64,000 bases of DNA, from the NCBI GenBank assembly GCA_963815095.1, contig CAWFFH010000003.1, positions 160,001 through 224,000 on the forward strand, written 5' to 3'. Positions 1 through 11,758 of the stretch are shown here, piece after piece. Every line of letters begins with the position of its first letter. The stretch's first letter is position 1. Both the position numbers and the translations under genes were made by a program. The notes beneath the pieces are model-generated. The model was not told where the DNA came from and made no database searches. It worked only from the letters and a program-made list of their open reading frames with translations. The stretch is from Candidatus Bathyarchaeota archaeon (GTDB lineage Archaea; Thermoproteota; Bathyarchaeia; Bathyarchaeales; Bathycorpusculaceae).

Positions 1-18
1 GAGAATTTTTAACTTTTA

Positions 19-480
19 TTACTCCTTTGGCGGCAGTTTCACTATGGTAAACCAAAACTGTTCTAGCGCATGCATTATTTCGACGAATCTGCTAAGATCC
101 ACGGGTTTTGTGATGTATGCATTTGCATGAAGATCGTATGTTTTGATTATATCTTCATCAGCTTTGGAGGTTGTCAAGACAACAACGGGGATGTGACGTA
201 GTTTGGGGTCTTTTTTGATTTCAGCTAATACTTCGCGCCCATCCTTTTTTGGCAGATTAAGGTCAAGCAGAATTAGATCCGGTACTGGCGCGTTTGCAAA
301 AGAACCTTCTTTATGAACAAATTGCATTGCTTCAACACCATCTCTAGCAACGTAAATTTCATTCAGCACTTTAGCGTCTTTTAGGGCTTCTTTGGTTAAG
401 CGAACGTCTCCTGGATTGTCTTCTACCAACAGAATGTCTACAGGGCGGGTTTCTATTTTTTGGGCTACGTATCGCTTCAT
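19..480 (-). CDS. Single-domain response regulator (CheY-like receiver, Rcp1-like)
   Basis: LLVEDNPGD, phospho-acceptor LILLDLNLP, VVLTTS, YITKP motifs; directly downstream of the kinase. Confidence 0.93.
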   Translation of the reverse strand: MKRYVAQKIETRPVDILLVEDNPGDVRLTKEALKDAKVLNEIYVARDGVEAMQFVHKEGSFANAPVPDLILLDLNLPKKDGREVLAEIKKDPKLRHIPVVVLTTSKADEDIIKTYDLHANAYITKPVDLSRFVEIMHALEQFWFTIVKLPPKE

Positions 481-485
481 TTTCT

Positions 486-2687
486 TTAATCACTCTTTTT
501 CCTTTTACTTAATGTAAAGTAAATAGTTGAACCTTTTCCCAATTGGGACTCGATCCAGATACGTCCACCATGGCGCTCCACGATTTTTTTGCATACTGCA
601 AGGCCTATTCCGGAGCCAGGATACTCCTCTCGGGTGTGTAGGCGCTGGAATATTTTGAATAAACGGTCATTATATTCAGGAGCTATACCGATACCATTAT
701 CGCGCACTGAAAACAAATACTCTGTCTCCTTTATTTGAACTGAAACATGAACCCGCGGCGCCTCTTCTCCGTGAAACTTTATCGCATTCCCTATCAAGTT
801 TTGGAAGAGTTGAACAAGTTGACCTCCATCAGCAACGATCGTTGGAAGCTTATCATGCGTCACAACAGCTTCATTGTCAGAAATGGATGCTTTCAGGTTC
901 AAAAGTACAATGTCGAGGGTGGATTCAAGGTTTGTTGGCTCAAAAGGCTTGCCAAGTCTGCCCACGCGTGAGTAAGTGAGAAGGTCATCAATTAAACCTC
1001 TCATTCGGTTGGCACCGTCCACAGCATAACCTATGAACTCATCAGCATCTGCATCTAGTTTTCCTTTATATCTCCGCTCTATTAGCTGCACATAACTTGC
1101 CACCATACGCAAAGGCTCCTGCAAATCATGCGATGCAACATAAGCAAACTGTTCAAGCTCTGAGTTAGATTGCTTTAGTTTTTCTGATGCTTGCACAATT
1201 TCGTATTCCATTGATTTGCGTTCCGTAATATCTCGATTACTGGAGCGTCGACCTAACCATTTGCCAGCACCATCAAAAACGGGTTGGCAGGCATGGGAAA
1301 TCCAACGTGTCTCACCGTCACGGGTAATTATTCGAAAATCAACCTCATGCCGCTCCTCTTCAGTTATCGATTCAAAATGAGAGCCAACAAGCGCTTTGTC
1401 GTCGGGGTGAATAATATTAGAAAACAGCTTAGAATTATTGATAAACTCTTCCGGAGTGTAACCAGTAAACTTTACACAAGAAGGAGACATGTAAAGCATC
1501 TTGCCGTCAGGTGCAATCCAGTATTCCAAGTCGTATGCGAAGTCAGCAACCGTCCGCAGCTTTACCTCGCTTTGGCGCAAAGCTTCTTCAGCTTTTTTAC
1601 GTTCTGTAATATCTCTTGCTGCAGCAAATACCCCCTTTATTTTTCCTTGAGAATCTAGATAGACGCTTGCATTGTACAAAACGTCTGTTATTTTACCAGA
1701 TTTATTCCTAATTGCGAGAGGGTAATCCTTGACTAAGCCGTCGGTGAAAACTTTCTGGTAACCGACCCTTGCTTGCTCTGGAACGGTGAAATAGTCAGAA
1801 AAATCGCTGCCAATGAGTTCTTCTCGGGAGTACCCAGTAACATCTTCAGTGGCTCTGTTAACATCTGTGATTTTTCCTTCCTTGCTGATCGTAACTAGAG
1901 GATCTAAGCTGGCTTCCAGCAAACTCCTTGCGTACGATGATAAAGCAAGAAGTTTTTCCTCAGCAACTTTACGGTTTGCGGTCATCTGGTTAAATGCATA
2001 GGAAAGCTCACTTACCTCGTCCTGGCGCTTAGTTTCAATAACGTAATCAAGGTTTCCTGAGCTAACAGTGTTGATTCCATTTTGGAGATTGGTCACCGAT
2101 TTTAAGGTTCTTCGGAAAACTAGTAAGTAAATTGTCGCTAAAAGAGCACCGAATGTGCCCACAAGCGAAACAATAAGATAAGTGTCAGTATCGTTTGCTT
2201 GATGAGCCTCAGCATCAAACGAAAAAGATATCTGAGAAGCGTCAAGGCTAAGTGCCTGATTCTGGTTTGTCATATTACCCCATATATCTTGAAAGGGCTT
2301 CAACTCCCTGATGCTTACATTTCGAGGAGCGTTTTGCAGGTATGCAACTACTTCTGTAAAAGTCGTGTTAAGCCCTTGAAGGTCTCGGCTTATATTGGAA
2401 GCAAGCTGCTGTTGCTGATCATTGTCAAGTTGTATACTTGACAAATCACTGGAGAGGACGGAAAAGTTGGCTTGCCATTGAACAAGTGAAGTGTCTTGTT
2501 GGTAGAGGAAGTAATCTATAGCAATACTGCTCAGGTTACCTGCGCCGCGTTCGATATTGTTAGCAATGCCTTCTTGGGCTTTAAGATGAGATTCTCGCTG
2601 TGTGCTTGTTGCAACTGAAGCAGCAATAATAATCAATATAACACTGAAGACCGCGATGCATATTATGAACTGAGTTTTAATCTTCAT
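486..2687 (-). CDS. Membrane sensor histidine kinase (TM-extracellular domain-TM-HAMP-PAS-PAS-HisKA-HATPase)
   Basis: H-box FAYVASHDLQEPLR, N-box NLIGNAIKF, DNGIG and GSGIGL boxes; HAMP DEVSELSYAFNQM; two PAS/PAC ends DITERK. Confidence 0.93.
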   Translation of the reverse strand: MKIKTQFIICIAVFSVILIIIAASVATSTQRESHLKAQEGIANNIERGAGNLSSIAIDYFLYQQDTSLVQWQANFSVLSSDLSSIQLDNDQQQQLASNISRDLQGLNTTFTEVVAYLQNAPRNVSIRELKPFQDIWGNMTNQNQALSLDASQISFSFDAEAHQANDTDTYLIVSLVGTFGALLATIYLLVFRRTLKSVTNLQNGINTVSSGNLDYVIETKRQDEVSELSYAFNQMTANRKVAEEKLLALSSYARSLLEASLDPLVTISKEGKITDVNRATEDVTGYSREELIGSDFSDYFTVPEQARVGYQKVFTDGLVKDYPLAIRNKSGKITDVLYNASVYLDSQGKIKGVFAAARDITERKKAEEALRQSEVKLRTVADFAYDLEYWIAPDGKMLYMSPSCVKFTGYTPEEFINNSKLFSNIIHPDDKALVGSHFESITEEERHEVDFRIITRDGETRWISHACQPVFDGAGKWLGRRSSNRDITERKSMEYEIVQASEKLKQSNSELEQFAYVASHDLQEPLRMVASYVQLIERRYKGKLDADADEFIGYAVDGANRMRGLIDDLLTYSRVGRLGKPFEPTNLESTLDIVLLNLKASISDNEAVVTHDKLPTIVADGGQLVQLFQNLIGNAIKFHGEEAPRVHVSVQIKETEYLFSVRDNGIGIAPEYNDRLFKIFQRLHTREEYPGSGIGLAVCKKIVERHGGRIWIESQLGKGSTIYFTLSKRKKSD

Positions 2688-2878
2688 CGAGCCAACCTCA
2701 AAGAATAAAGTTCACCGAATTCCGCATGAACCTTATCAAACATAGTGCAACTTTCACAGACGCTCACTTTTTTTCAATAAATGAAGCCTTCGAAATTCAA
2801 TCAATTGAATTATTATAAAAAATCAATATTTTAATAAAAACATTTGCATAAATTTCCTGCCCTAAATGCAGGGAAAAT

Positions 2879-3337
2879 TTAAAATTGAGCAGCGAGTGCT
2901 TTGCCGAAATCCACGCATTTAGGCAGTTCGCCATCTACTACTGGACCTGACACTCCCTTCACCCTTACCGAAAGCGATAGTGAAATCAGGGACAGGTTAG
3001 GCAGCTTCTCCTGCACCATTCGCTCCATTTTACTAACCGACCTATCAGGCGAACGCGCTTTTCCTGAATAAGTCCCGAAAACAGCAACTTTTTTGCCCTT
3101 TAACCCAAGCTCAGAGAGCCTGTTGACAAATTTCTTCATGGTTTGGCTGGGTCTGCCCATGTGGTTTGGCGCACCTAAAACCAACGAATCGTAATCCAAG
3201 GCGTGCTCTGCGGTGACTTCTTTGATATAGCCCAAATCAACCTCGGCACCCTCATCCCGCATGCCTTCGGCGATCTTCTCAGCCGCTAACTTTGTGTTTC
3301 CATATTTAGAATCGTAAAAAACAAAAACTCTAACCAT
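2879..3337 (-). CDS. Flavodoxin-domain protein
   Basis: FMN phosphate loop YDSKYGNT, GAPNH, AVFGT; start moved to the ATG of MVRVFV. Confidence 0.85.
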   Translation of the reverse strand: MVRVFVFYDSKYGNTKLAAEKIAEGMRDEGAEVDLGYIKEVTAEHALDYDSLVLGAPNHMGRPSQTMKKFVNRLSELGLKGKKVAVFGTYSGKARSPDRSVSKMERMVQEKLPNLSLISLSLSVRVKGVSGPVVDGELPKCVDFGKALAAQF

Positions 3338-3547
3338 TAAACAAACACACCTTATCATCCATCAAATAGTGAGCGAATTAGATAAAACTTAACCCTAACA
3401 TTTAAGGGATTTTTCAAAAAGTTCCTAGCTTCAGCGCTATTTTTGAGTGAAAGTCTATTTTAAATAAAACAGAGAAAACCCTGATTAATCGAAAATAGAA
3501 GATGTTTTTTGAAACCCGTTGTTTTGGAGCTATATTGCTAATGTTAC

Positions 3548-3563
3548 TGGGCTTTGACGTATA
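3548..3563 (-). repeat. 3' arm of the 16S pre-rRNA processing stem
   Basis: TGGGCTTTGACGTATA is the exact reverse complement of 5243-5258; imperfect pairing continues toward the gene. Confidence 0.85.
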
Positions 3564-3628
3564 GTTTGGGACCTGCTCTAATGTTCTCCTTGCTCCTCCA
3601 ATCAAGCACTTCTATGCGCTTTTTACTT

Positions 3629-5123
<1,495 letters not shown>

Positions 5124-5242
5124 GTGACACTCCGTATTAATTTCTGCGGATCTTTACTATCTTGTTTTTTGTGTGGTACGTTCTGCACTTTTCGCATATC
5201 TATGCCTAACTGGATTTGGAGGGAGAAACATTCTCCACAAAT

Positions 5243-5258
5243 TATACGTCAAAGCCCA
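5243..5258 (-). repeat. 5' arm of the 16S pre-rRNA processing stem
   Basis: TATACGTCAAAGCCCA, 16-bp perfect inverted repeat with 3548-3563. Confidence 0.85.
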
Positions 5259-5445
5259 ATTCAGACCTAACTGAGCAATTAGTCAGGTCCACATTTCCTA
5301 TTATTTTTTTGTCCCCGCAATTGGAGGCCAACTCCGTCATTCCTGCAAGGCGTAATCGCCGTTTCGGTAGGGGTTGAGCCGCCGCCATGTGAAAATTGCG
5401 GGGCTAGCAATTATAGCTGAATTCTAACAGAAGTCTAGTCAACTG

Positions 5446-5464
5446 ATATAAACGTTTCTTTTCC
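5446..5464 (-). promoter_or_regulatory. Putative BRE/TATA promoter of the 16S gene
   Basis: Minus strand GGAAAAGAAACG-TTTATAT, just upstream of the GC-rich structured leader. Confidence 0.6.
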
Positions 5465-6373
5465 ATTCCCCCAAAGAATATTGTATGAATGACTTGGGTT
5501 TTGTGAGGTATTAAAAACACAAATTATCATTTTTTAAAGATTTTTTGTTACTTTTAGGGGTCTTTTGGTTGCAGTTTATCGTTTTTGTAGATGTTGTTTG
5601 AAGTTTTATAAATAGGGTACGAAATTGGTTTTTTATTCTCTTTTGGTCACTCACCATAGTTTCTACTAGTAGAATTTGCCTTTGAACAATGCATAACACG
5701 CTCTTCGCGCGCTTTTGAAAGCTCTATTTTCAGCTTCACACAGAAAATTGCAATCCGAGATCATCTTCTGTTCCATTTCAAAAAGAATATTCCGAGATTA
5801 AATCATTCGTCTCCAAACCAAAAGACAGAAGATCATAACAAATCTAAAACTATGTTCTTGTACAAACTAACAATGATAACCTGCTCTCATAAATTAACCG
5901 GAAAATGCTGATTTCGCTGAATTCCGAGTTTAAGAAAGAATAAAGTCTTACTATTTTATTTTGACATCTTAATGACTACTGAAAAACTCAGGTACTGGTC
6001 TACAGCACTTAGCGGTTGTTGTTTCAGCTTGTGACAACAGTACCTTATATCATTTAGATGAGTAAAGGATTGTAAGGAACAATTAACTGAGAGCGAAGTT
6101 AAGCGGGTCTGGCAGTTAACAAGGAGAAGGCGAGCGCTACAATTTTTACGCCTTGCAATTGTTAGCTCATGGCTAAATCGGCTTAACAAACACTTTTTGC
6201 CCCTAGAATTATTTCAAATAAACGTTTACTCTCTTTTCTACAGCTAAAGCATGTTTTGGCAAATGATCGAATAGATTAAAACTTATGGAAAAAACAGGGA
6301 AACGTAATGTAACTGTATATGTACAGTCACAACATTATTTATTGGTCAAATGTCCTATTAGTGACAAGGAAAA

Positions 6374-6455
6374 GGTTAGCTTAAATGCAGGTGAAATGTT
6401 TCCCCCTCTCTCTTCCTGAATTCACTTGCGTTTAAGCTAGCCCTTCTCTCTCTTC
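6374..6455 (+). ncRNA. Candidate structured small RNA (22-bp stem, CU-rich loop and tail)
   Basis: 6374-6395 pairs with 6421-6442; the three non-Watson-Crick pairs are all G-U on the + strand. Confidence 0.4.
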
Positions 6456-6583
6456 TCAAATTCCATAAAATTTATTGGATACATCAAATAAAAACGTAGT
6501 TACAATCGTTTTATAGCTTGATTAGCCACCGTTTTAGCCATAATCAACTATATTTTTCTAATCCTTTAGTCTTTTAAAAAAAA

Positions 6584-7615
6584 TTAGATGTTAACTTTAA
6601 ATGCCCAATGCATATAAGCGCTAATGTCTCGTGAAAGCACTAAAGATGGTTCCACATAACAATGGAGGCTGCATTTTTGGCAGTTTTCTATTTTTTTCCA
6701 GTCAAACTCAGAAACAGCACCTTTAATGCCTCCCTCAAAAACTGAAACACTGCTAGCATAATCATTATGGACATAGCAGGGCAAAACTACGTTTCCATGG
6801 GGGTCGATGTTTATCATTGTCCAGGGTTTGCATCGCCAAGTTTTTTCTTTAGCCATCACTTTAAAATAACCCATCGAATTGACGATGGGGTAGCCTTCCC
6901 GCTTCATTTTCATTAACCGGTTAGCTATTTTGGGTACTTTGGATGCAGCGGGAGAGGATGCATTGGCGTTGCAGTACTCATGAGCAACAGCCACAGATAT
7001 TCGTGTCCCCAACTCCCTTGCCAGCTCCACCAGGTTTTCTATTTCCTCTATGTTCTCAGCCATCACCGTTGTGTTGATGGTTACTGCAACTTTTTCTTTA
7101 GCCGCACGAATGCCGCGCACCGCTTTTTTAAAGCATCCGTCAACTCCCCTAATCGAATCATGCGTTTTCTCCAAGCCATCCAACGAAACGTAAACAACCC
7201 CGTTAATGAATGGGGCAATTTCGTCGATTCGGGATTCAAGCAGGGTACCGTTAGTGATTAGGCTGGTATGTAGCGGTAGAGACCGAGAAAAAGCAAGTAT
7301 CTCAACCAAATCCGTCCTAAGCAGAGGTTCTCCACCCTCAAACGCGACTCCGACGGCTCCCGAATTGTAAATCTGTTTTAGAACCGCTTTCTCCTGTTTT
7401 AGGCTTGGGTCTGGGCTGGGTCGTTTCCAAAAGGGGCACATTTTGCAACGGAGGTTGCAGTTGTAGGTTAATTTGTGGCCGCAGAAGAAAGGAACTTTTG
7501 CACCCAGCAGGTTTGAGATCAAACCACTATAAACTCTAAACCCAAGACGAAAGTTTTCGGATAGATGCGACGATTTTTTCTCTAAAACGGAATTTTGGGA
7601 AACTTGTTTCATCAT
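6584..7615 (-). CDS. Radical SAM protein with C-terminal SPASM/twitch-like region (PTO1314-family-like)
   Basis: CNLRCKMC, GGEPLL, TNG, VSLDG, C-terminal CQKCSLHC; start moved to MMKQ. Confidence 0.85.
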   Translation of the reverse strand: MMKQVSQNSVLEKKSSHLSENFRLGFRVYSGLISNLLGAKVPFFCGHKLTYNCNLRCKMCPFWKRPSPDPSLKQEKAVLKQIYNSGAVGVAFEGGEPLLRTDLVEILAFSRSLPLHTSLITNGTLLESRIDEIAPFINGVVYVSLDGLEKTHDSIRGVDGCFKKAVRGIRAAKEKVAVTINTTVMAENIEEIENLVELARELGTRISVAVAHEYCNANASSPAASKVPKIANRLMKMKREGYPIVNSMGYFKVMAKEKTWRCKPWTMINIDPHGNVVLPCYVHNDYASSVSVFEGGIKGAVSEFDWKKIENCQKCSLHCYVEPSLVLSRDISAYMHWAFKVNI

Positions 7616-7979
7616 TAATAACCCGATAAAGTTTTGAAAGCAGTAACGCAAGATAGTTTTTTTAGTGATGTTACCCTTGCGATTCCTTTAAACTTAATGC
7701 TTTCTTGCAACTCCAAACACTCGATATTTTTCTTTTGGGAAAGTTTTGAATTTTCTATGTTCTTATTTTTAACAAAGAATTCCTGTTGAAAGCGGTAGGT
7801 TACACGAAATGCTGCTCATCGAGTTATGGGGTTTACCTGAATACAAAGTCGATTATTACGCCCACTATGAACCCAATGCTTAACAGTAATATGCCTATGA
7901 TCAGCGCTCCATATTAGTTTACTATTGAGCCGTTTTCGCTGATGCCATTGCAGATGGTGGTTTGTTGTTGAATCATTCT

Positions 7980-8900
7980 TTACACAATGAGTGGCTCTTT
8001 CTTGTTATCCACAGAAAAACCTTTCGTAGAAAATATCAGAACCCCCAAAGAGACTAAAACAACAACGACTACTCCGACAGCAATGAAAGGCAATATGCCT
8101 ATTGTGGTGGATACAGCTTTCGGATTCATAATTCCCCCAAGAACAATTGCTGAAAAAATAATTCCAATTGACAAGATAAACGAAAATTTGTAGGGTCTAT
8201 CCGTTTTGGTCTTAACTAGTTTCTCTCTGTCAAGTTCGCCGACAAGAAAATTCAAGAATATGCCTATTGAAGCTATCAGCAATGGAAGAACAAGTGAGAG
8301 GGTTATGTTTTGTAAGCTTAAATCGATGAACTGCCGCAAGCCAATGACGGAAAAAGAAAGCAGTAGGAAAAAAAGAGCAATGGACCCGAAAAATATGGTT
8401 CTGTCCAGAAACTTTCCTGAGAGAGCTGGACCGTAAGTTCGTCTATTGGGCACGGGTGTTTCTCCTGGTTTAATATCTTTTGTAGTTCTTCGTGTTAGTC
8501 CGGGCAGGTCATTTGAAAGAAAATAGATTTTATGTTTTGGATCAAGAGGTAATTTGTTGCCGTTTGAATCATACACTGCTTTGGTTACCATTCTTGAAAA
8601 GGGGTATAGCCATTCGACGCCTCGATCCCTTGTTGTTGTGAATGAATCTAGAAATGAATGCAGAAAGGCTCCGATACCAAAAAACGGGTTTATCAAATAC
8701 ACTATGCCGATAAACAAGAAATTGTGAAATAATGCGCGATGTATTTGTCGGCGTCGAAAGGACTCTTTGCTAAAAAAACCGTATTCTCGGTCAAGATCAT
8801 TAATTGCAGAGCCGATTCCAACCATTAGCGCTATTTCTGGTTTTCCAAACAATAAGGCTCCAACAATAATGCCAAAGACTATGTGAGTAGAAAGATTCAT
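7980..8900 (-). CDS. Membrane-bound metal-dependent hydrolase (YdjM/DUF457-like)
   Basis: N-terminal TH, DLD, HRALFHN, HSFLDSFT and GVEWLYPF motifs; multiple TM segments. Confidence 0.75.
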   Translation of the reverse strand: MNLSTHIVFGIIVGALLFGKPEIALMVGIGSAINDLDREYGFFSKESFRRRQIHRALFHNFLFIGIVYLINPFFGIGAFLHSFLDSFTTTRDRGVEWLYPFSRMVTKAVYDSNGNKLPLDPKHKIYFLSNDLPGLTRRTTKDIKPGETPVPNRRTYGPALSGKFLDRTIFFGSIALFFLLLSFSVIGLRQFIDLSLQNITLSLVLPLLIASIGIFLNFLVGELDREKLVKTKTDRPYKFSFILSIGIIFSAIVLGGIMNPKAVSTTIGILPFIAVGVVVVVLVSLGVLIFSTKGFSVDNKKEPLIV

Positions 8901-9551
8901 GAGAACAACCGTCGACTTCTGACTGATCAATTAATACGGGTAATTTTATGAATATAAAGGTAATTAGTCTCAGAACCTCACTTTTCCAGGCCAATTATAA
9001 CCCAAAATCCTGTAATGATTACAGTAGCATTGGCGGAATGATTTATTTAATTTTGAATTATTCCAATAATAATTATTATGATCCCAACTGTTGTCCTTAT
9101 CGTTCTAATTAGCTGCTCAGGAAAACTCTGCTTTGAATATTTAATTATGCTCAAAACTCCATCTATGATTAGCCAAAGACATAAACCAACCAAAACTGTT
9201 GAGAGAGCATTCAATAACTTAACCTTCTAAATAGTAACATTATCTAAATAATATAATTTTCAATTAAAATAATATTTTCAGAATCTCAAAAATTAGTTGG
9301 CACATCAGTTTAAGTCATTGATGGATAAGATGTACATGCCAAAACTTTTCATAAATTTAACTTAGGGCTAACCTTTTTATTAGTGGTAAACCAAAGTGTA
9401 ATTATAGAATTTCTGTTTGCAGCATTAACTAAGCCTGAAGAAACAGAATTCAGTTCTTGTTTAAATAACTGAAAACCAAGCTACAGGCATCATGTTGCTT
9501 TCAAACAGTTCTAAATCCCTTATTTATTGGATGAGGGAGGTGAATTCATAA

Positions 9552-9872
9552 ATGGCAGACACGTCAATTTCTCAAATTGCATACATCTTAGCTCTTCTTG
9601 GAGGAATATTGCTAGTAATCTTTGGATTATTGGATCTGATTGGTTTCACCGGATTGGCAATAGTCCATTTTAGTTTCTATGCTTTTGCTTATGCGGGGAT
9701 TGTTTCTCTAATTTGTGGTATTATCGCAATCATTGGTGCGAGAAGCGCAAGTACTCTCGTCTGGGCAATCGTACTCATAATAGTTGGAATCATCGGCGGC
9801 GGACTAGGCGGACTACTAGTTGTTCTGGGAGGACTACTTGGACTAATTGTGGTGATAACCAAAAGAGCATAA
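9552..9872 (+). CDS. Small Gly-rich integral membrane protein
   Basis: Strong RBS GGGAGGTGA; 3-4 hydrophobic helices with GxxxG patterns. Confidence 0.8.
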   Translation: MADTSISQIAYILALLGGILLVIFGLLDLIGFTGLAIVHFSFYAFAYAGIVSLICGIIAIIGARSASTLVWAIVLIIVGIIGGGLGGLLVVLGGLLGLIVVITKRA

Positions 9873-10455
9873 CGCGATTTGAATACGACCCTTCTAAATT
9901 AACTGGTTTATTTTTTAGAAGCCAAATATTTTTTTCCAATTCAATCATTTCATTTTTTTTTAAAAAAAAGTAAAAAGCACCATTACCTTCGATAGCCTTT
10001 TCAGCGTAGTAAACTTCAGCGATACATCAACTTTCTCTGGGAACGAAAATAGGTCTCGTCAAAAGCATTAATGATAATAAAATTGGTGTTATGGACGCGT
10101 TAATCGGTGCGATGTCAGCGTATACTGGTTCGCTTGGGTGTGCTTTTTCCGATTTTCTCTTAATATTAACAGATGGAGCGGCAGCGTTTGGCAACTACAT
10201 AGTGTACGGGTTTTTGCAATTATGTTTTTCGGATTCTACGAAGGCTACTTAACCAAAACAGACTCAAAAGATTGGTTAAAGAACATAAAGATTATACCAG
10301 CGAATTCGATGAAATCACAAACTTGATTGAAAGAAAAAAGGATTTAAGAATTCGATGATATTCCAGATTTTTACATTTAACTTCGCGCCACAAAAGAAGG
10401 ACCCAGTTGTTTCCCTTCGGGGTAGGCTAAGCTGTGATTATCTTAGATGCTAGCC

Positions 10456-10653
10456 TTAACCTCTGTTTGGGTCGAGTTTGAATTGGCGTCGCTGTTTTTT
10501 TCCACGAGATTGTCTGATTCCTGTCTCAGTTTTGTTAAGTTTCTCAGATTCCTTTTTCTTCTCAGTTGTGTATCGTCCTTGTTGTTTTTTTAGGTGAGAT
10601 GTTTCCAGCGTATTTTCTTGCTCGTTAGATCTGATGTTCTTTTTTTCACCCAT
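10456..10653 (-). CDS. Small basic hypothetical protein
   Basis: GAGGTGA RBS before ATG; Lys/Glu/Arg-rich, 65 aa. Confidence 0.55.
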   Translation of the reverse strand: MGEKKNIRSNEQENTLETSHLKKQQGRYTTEKKKESEKLNKTETGIRQSRGKKQRRQFKLDPNRG

Positions 10654-10708
10654 TCTGTTTTCACCTCTGCTAGGTTTTTAGGAAAAAAAGTTGCTTGATA
10701 ATGTTCAC

Positions 10709-11017
10709 TCAGGGTTTTAGATCTTTATCTTCACTGTAGTCTCTGTCCTCATGGGCTTCTTCTTCGGTTTCATCTTGGTTTTCTTCTTCAGCCTCGCTTG
10801 CTTCTTCGCCTTCAACGTTTGCTTGGTCTTCGGCTTGGCCTTTCGGCGGATAAGCCTTATCCAACCAAACCTCAAATTGCACTTTATAGTCAGGGCTTGA
10901 AAAAGCCCAGTCAAACAACCCAACAATAACGTTGCTAACTTCAATGTCGTGGTCTTCAGCTAAACCCTTCAAAAACTCTTCCCACTTTGCGGGCAAAGAA
11001 ATAGATAAACTTCCCAT
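10709..11017 (-). CDS. Hypothetical protein: RHH-like N-terminus and highly acidic tail
   Basis: GGAG RBS; SLSISLP beta-strand then helices; Glu/Asp-rich C-terminal half. Confidence 0.6.
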   Translation of the reverse strand: MGSLSISLPAKWEEFLKGLAEDHDIEVSNVIVGLFDWAFSSPDYKVQFEVWLDKAYPPKGQAEDQANVEGEEASEAEEENQDETEEEAHEDRDYSEDKDLKP

Positions 11018-11090
11018 AAAAAAGTCTCCACTATTTTATAATGTCAAGATATATTTTAAGCTTCAAAAAACGTTGAAAACTTGAAGCTAC

Positions 11091-11273
11091 TTATCTTTGT
11101 TCTTTTAGCAATTGCAGTCGTTTAGCGACTTCTTTGGAAACTTTTTCTAAACCTTCTGCTAAATCTTTCTCATCGACCTCATCGATGGGGTACCATTTGC
11201 CGTCCTTATCGATGAAGACAATTTCCAATTTCCCAACTTTTCTATTGACCATTTTTTCCACCTTGTTATCCAA
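11091..11273 (-). CDS. Small hypothetical protein
   Basis: 60-aa ORF with protein-like composition; true start may be the ATG of MVNRK. Confidence 0.5.
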   Translation of the reverse strand: MDNKVEKMVNRKVGKLEIVFIDKDGKWYPIDEVDEKDLAEGLEKVSKEVAKRLQLLKEQR

Positions 11274-11425
11274 AACTGATTAAAGACCTTTATGAAGGGA
11301 CCTGCCAGTTAGATTGCCCATAATCAATCTATGCAAGGGTATTCTAGGCTAACTGAGTCCTGCGCCTATTCCGGGGCATTCTTAATAATTTAGTTATCTT
11401 ATTTGAGGAGGGTCGACTTCATTTT

Positions 11426-11569
11426 TTACTGGCTTTTGTCGATCCATGTTTTTACTGCTTCTTGGACCGCTTTGGATAAGTCGCCTTTTTTGCCTCCGAA
11501 TTTTTCTACGGTTTTTAATCTAAGTTTTTTTTCAATCTCATCTGAGATGTCAACGTTGATGCGGCCCAA
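11426..11569 (-). CDS. Ribbon-helix-helix (CopG-like) small DNA-binding protein, 47 aa (absent from ORF track)
   Basis: Own translation from TTG: MGRINVDISDEIEKKLRLKTVEKFGGKKGDLSKAVQEAVKTWIDKSQ. Confidence 0.8.
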   Translation of the reverse strand: MGRINVDISDEIEKKLRLKTVEKFGGKKGDLSKAVQEAVKTWIDKSQ

Positions 11570-11758
11570 GTTTATTCACTTTTGCGTGTAATTTGTTTTT
11601 AACATTATATACTATGTGCATTGGCACTTATAAGTATATGTGCCTACGCGCCTAACCGTTTATGTGCATAAGTGCTAATCATCACGTGTTCCACATCTAA
11701 AGTCGTAATAGACAAAAATTTTTATAATTTGTTTCCTTTTGTGGGTTGAGGACTTCCG

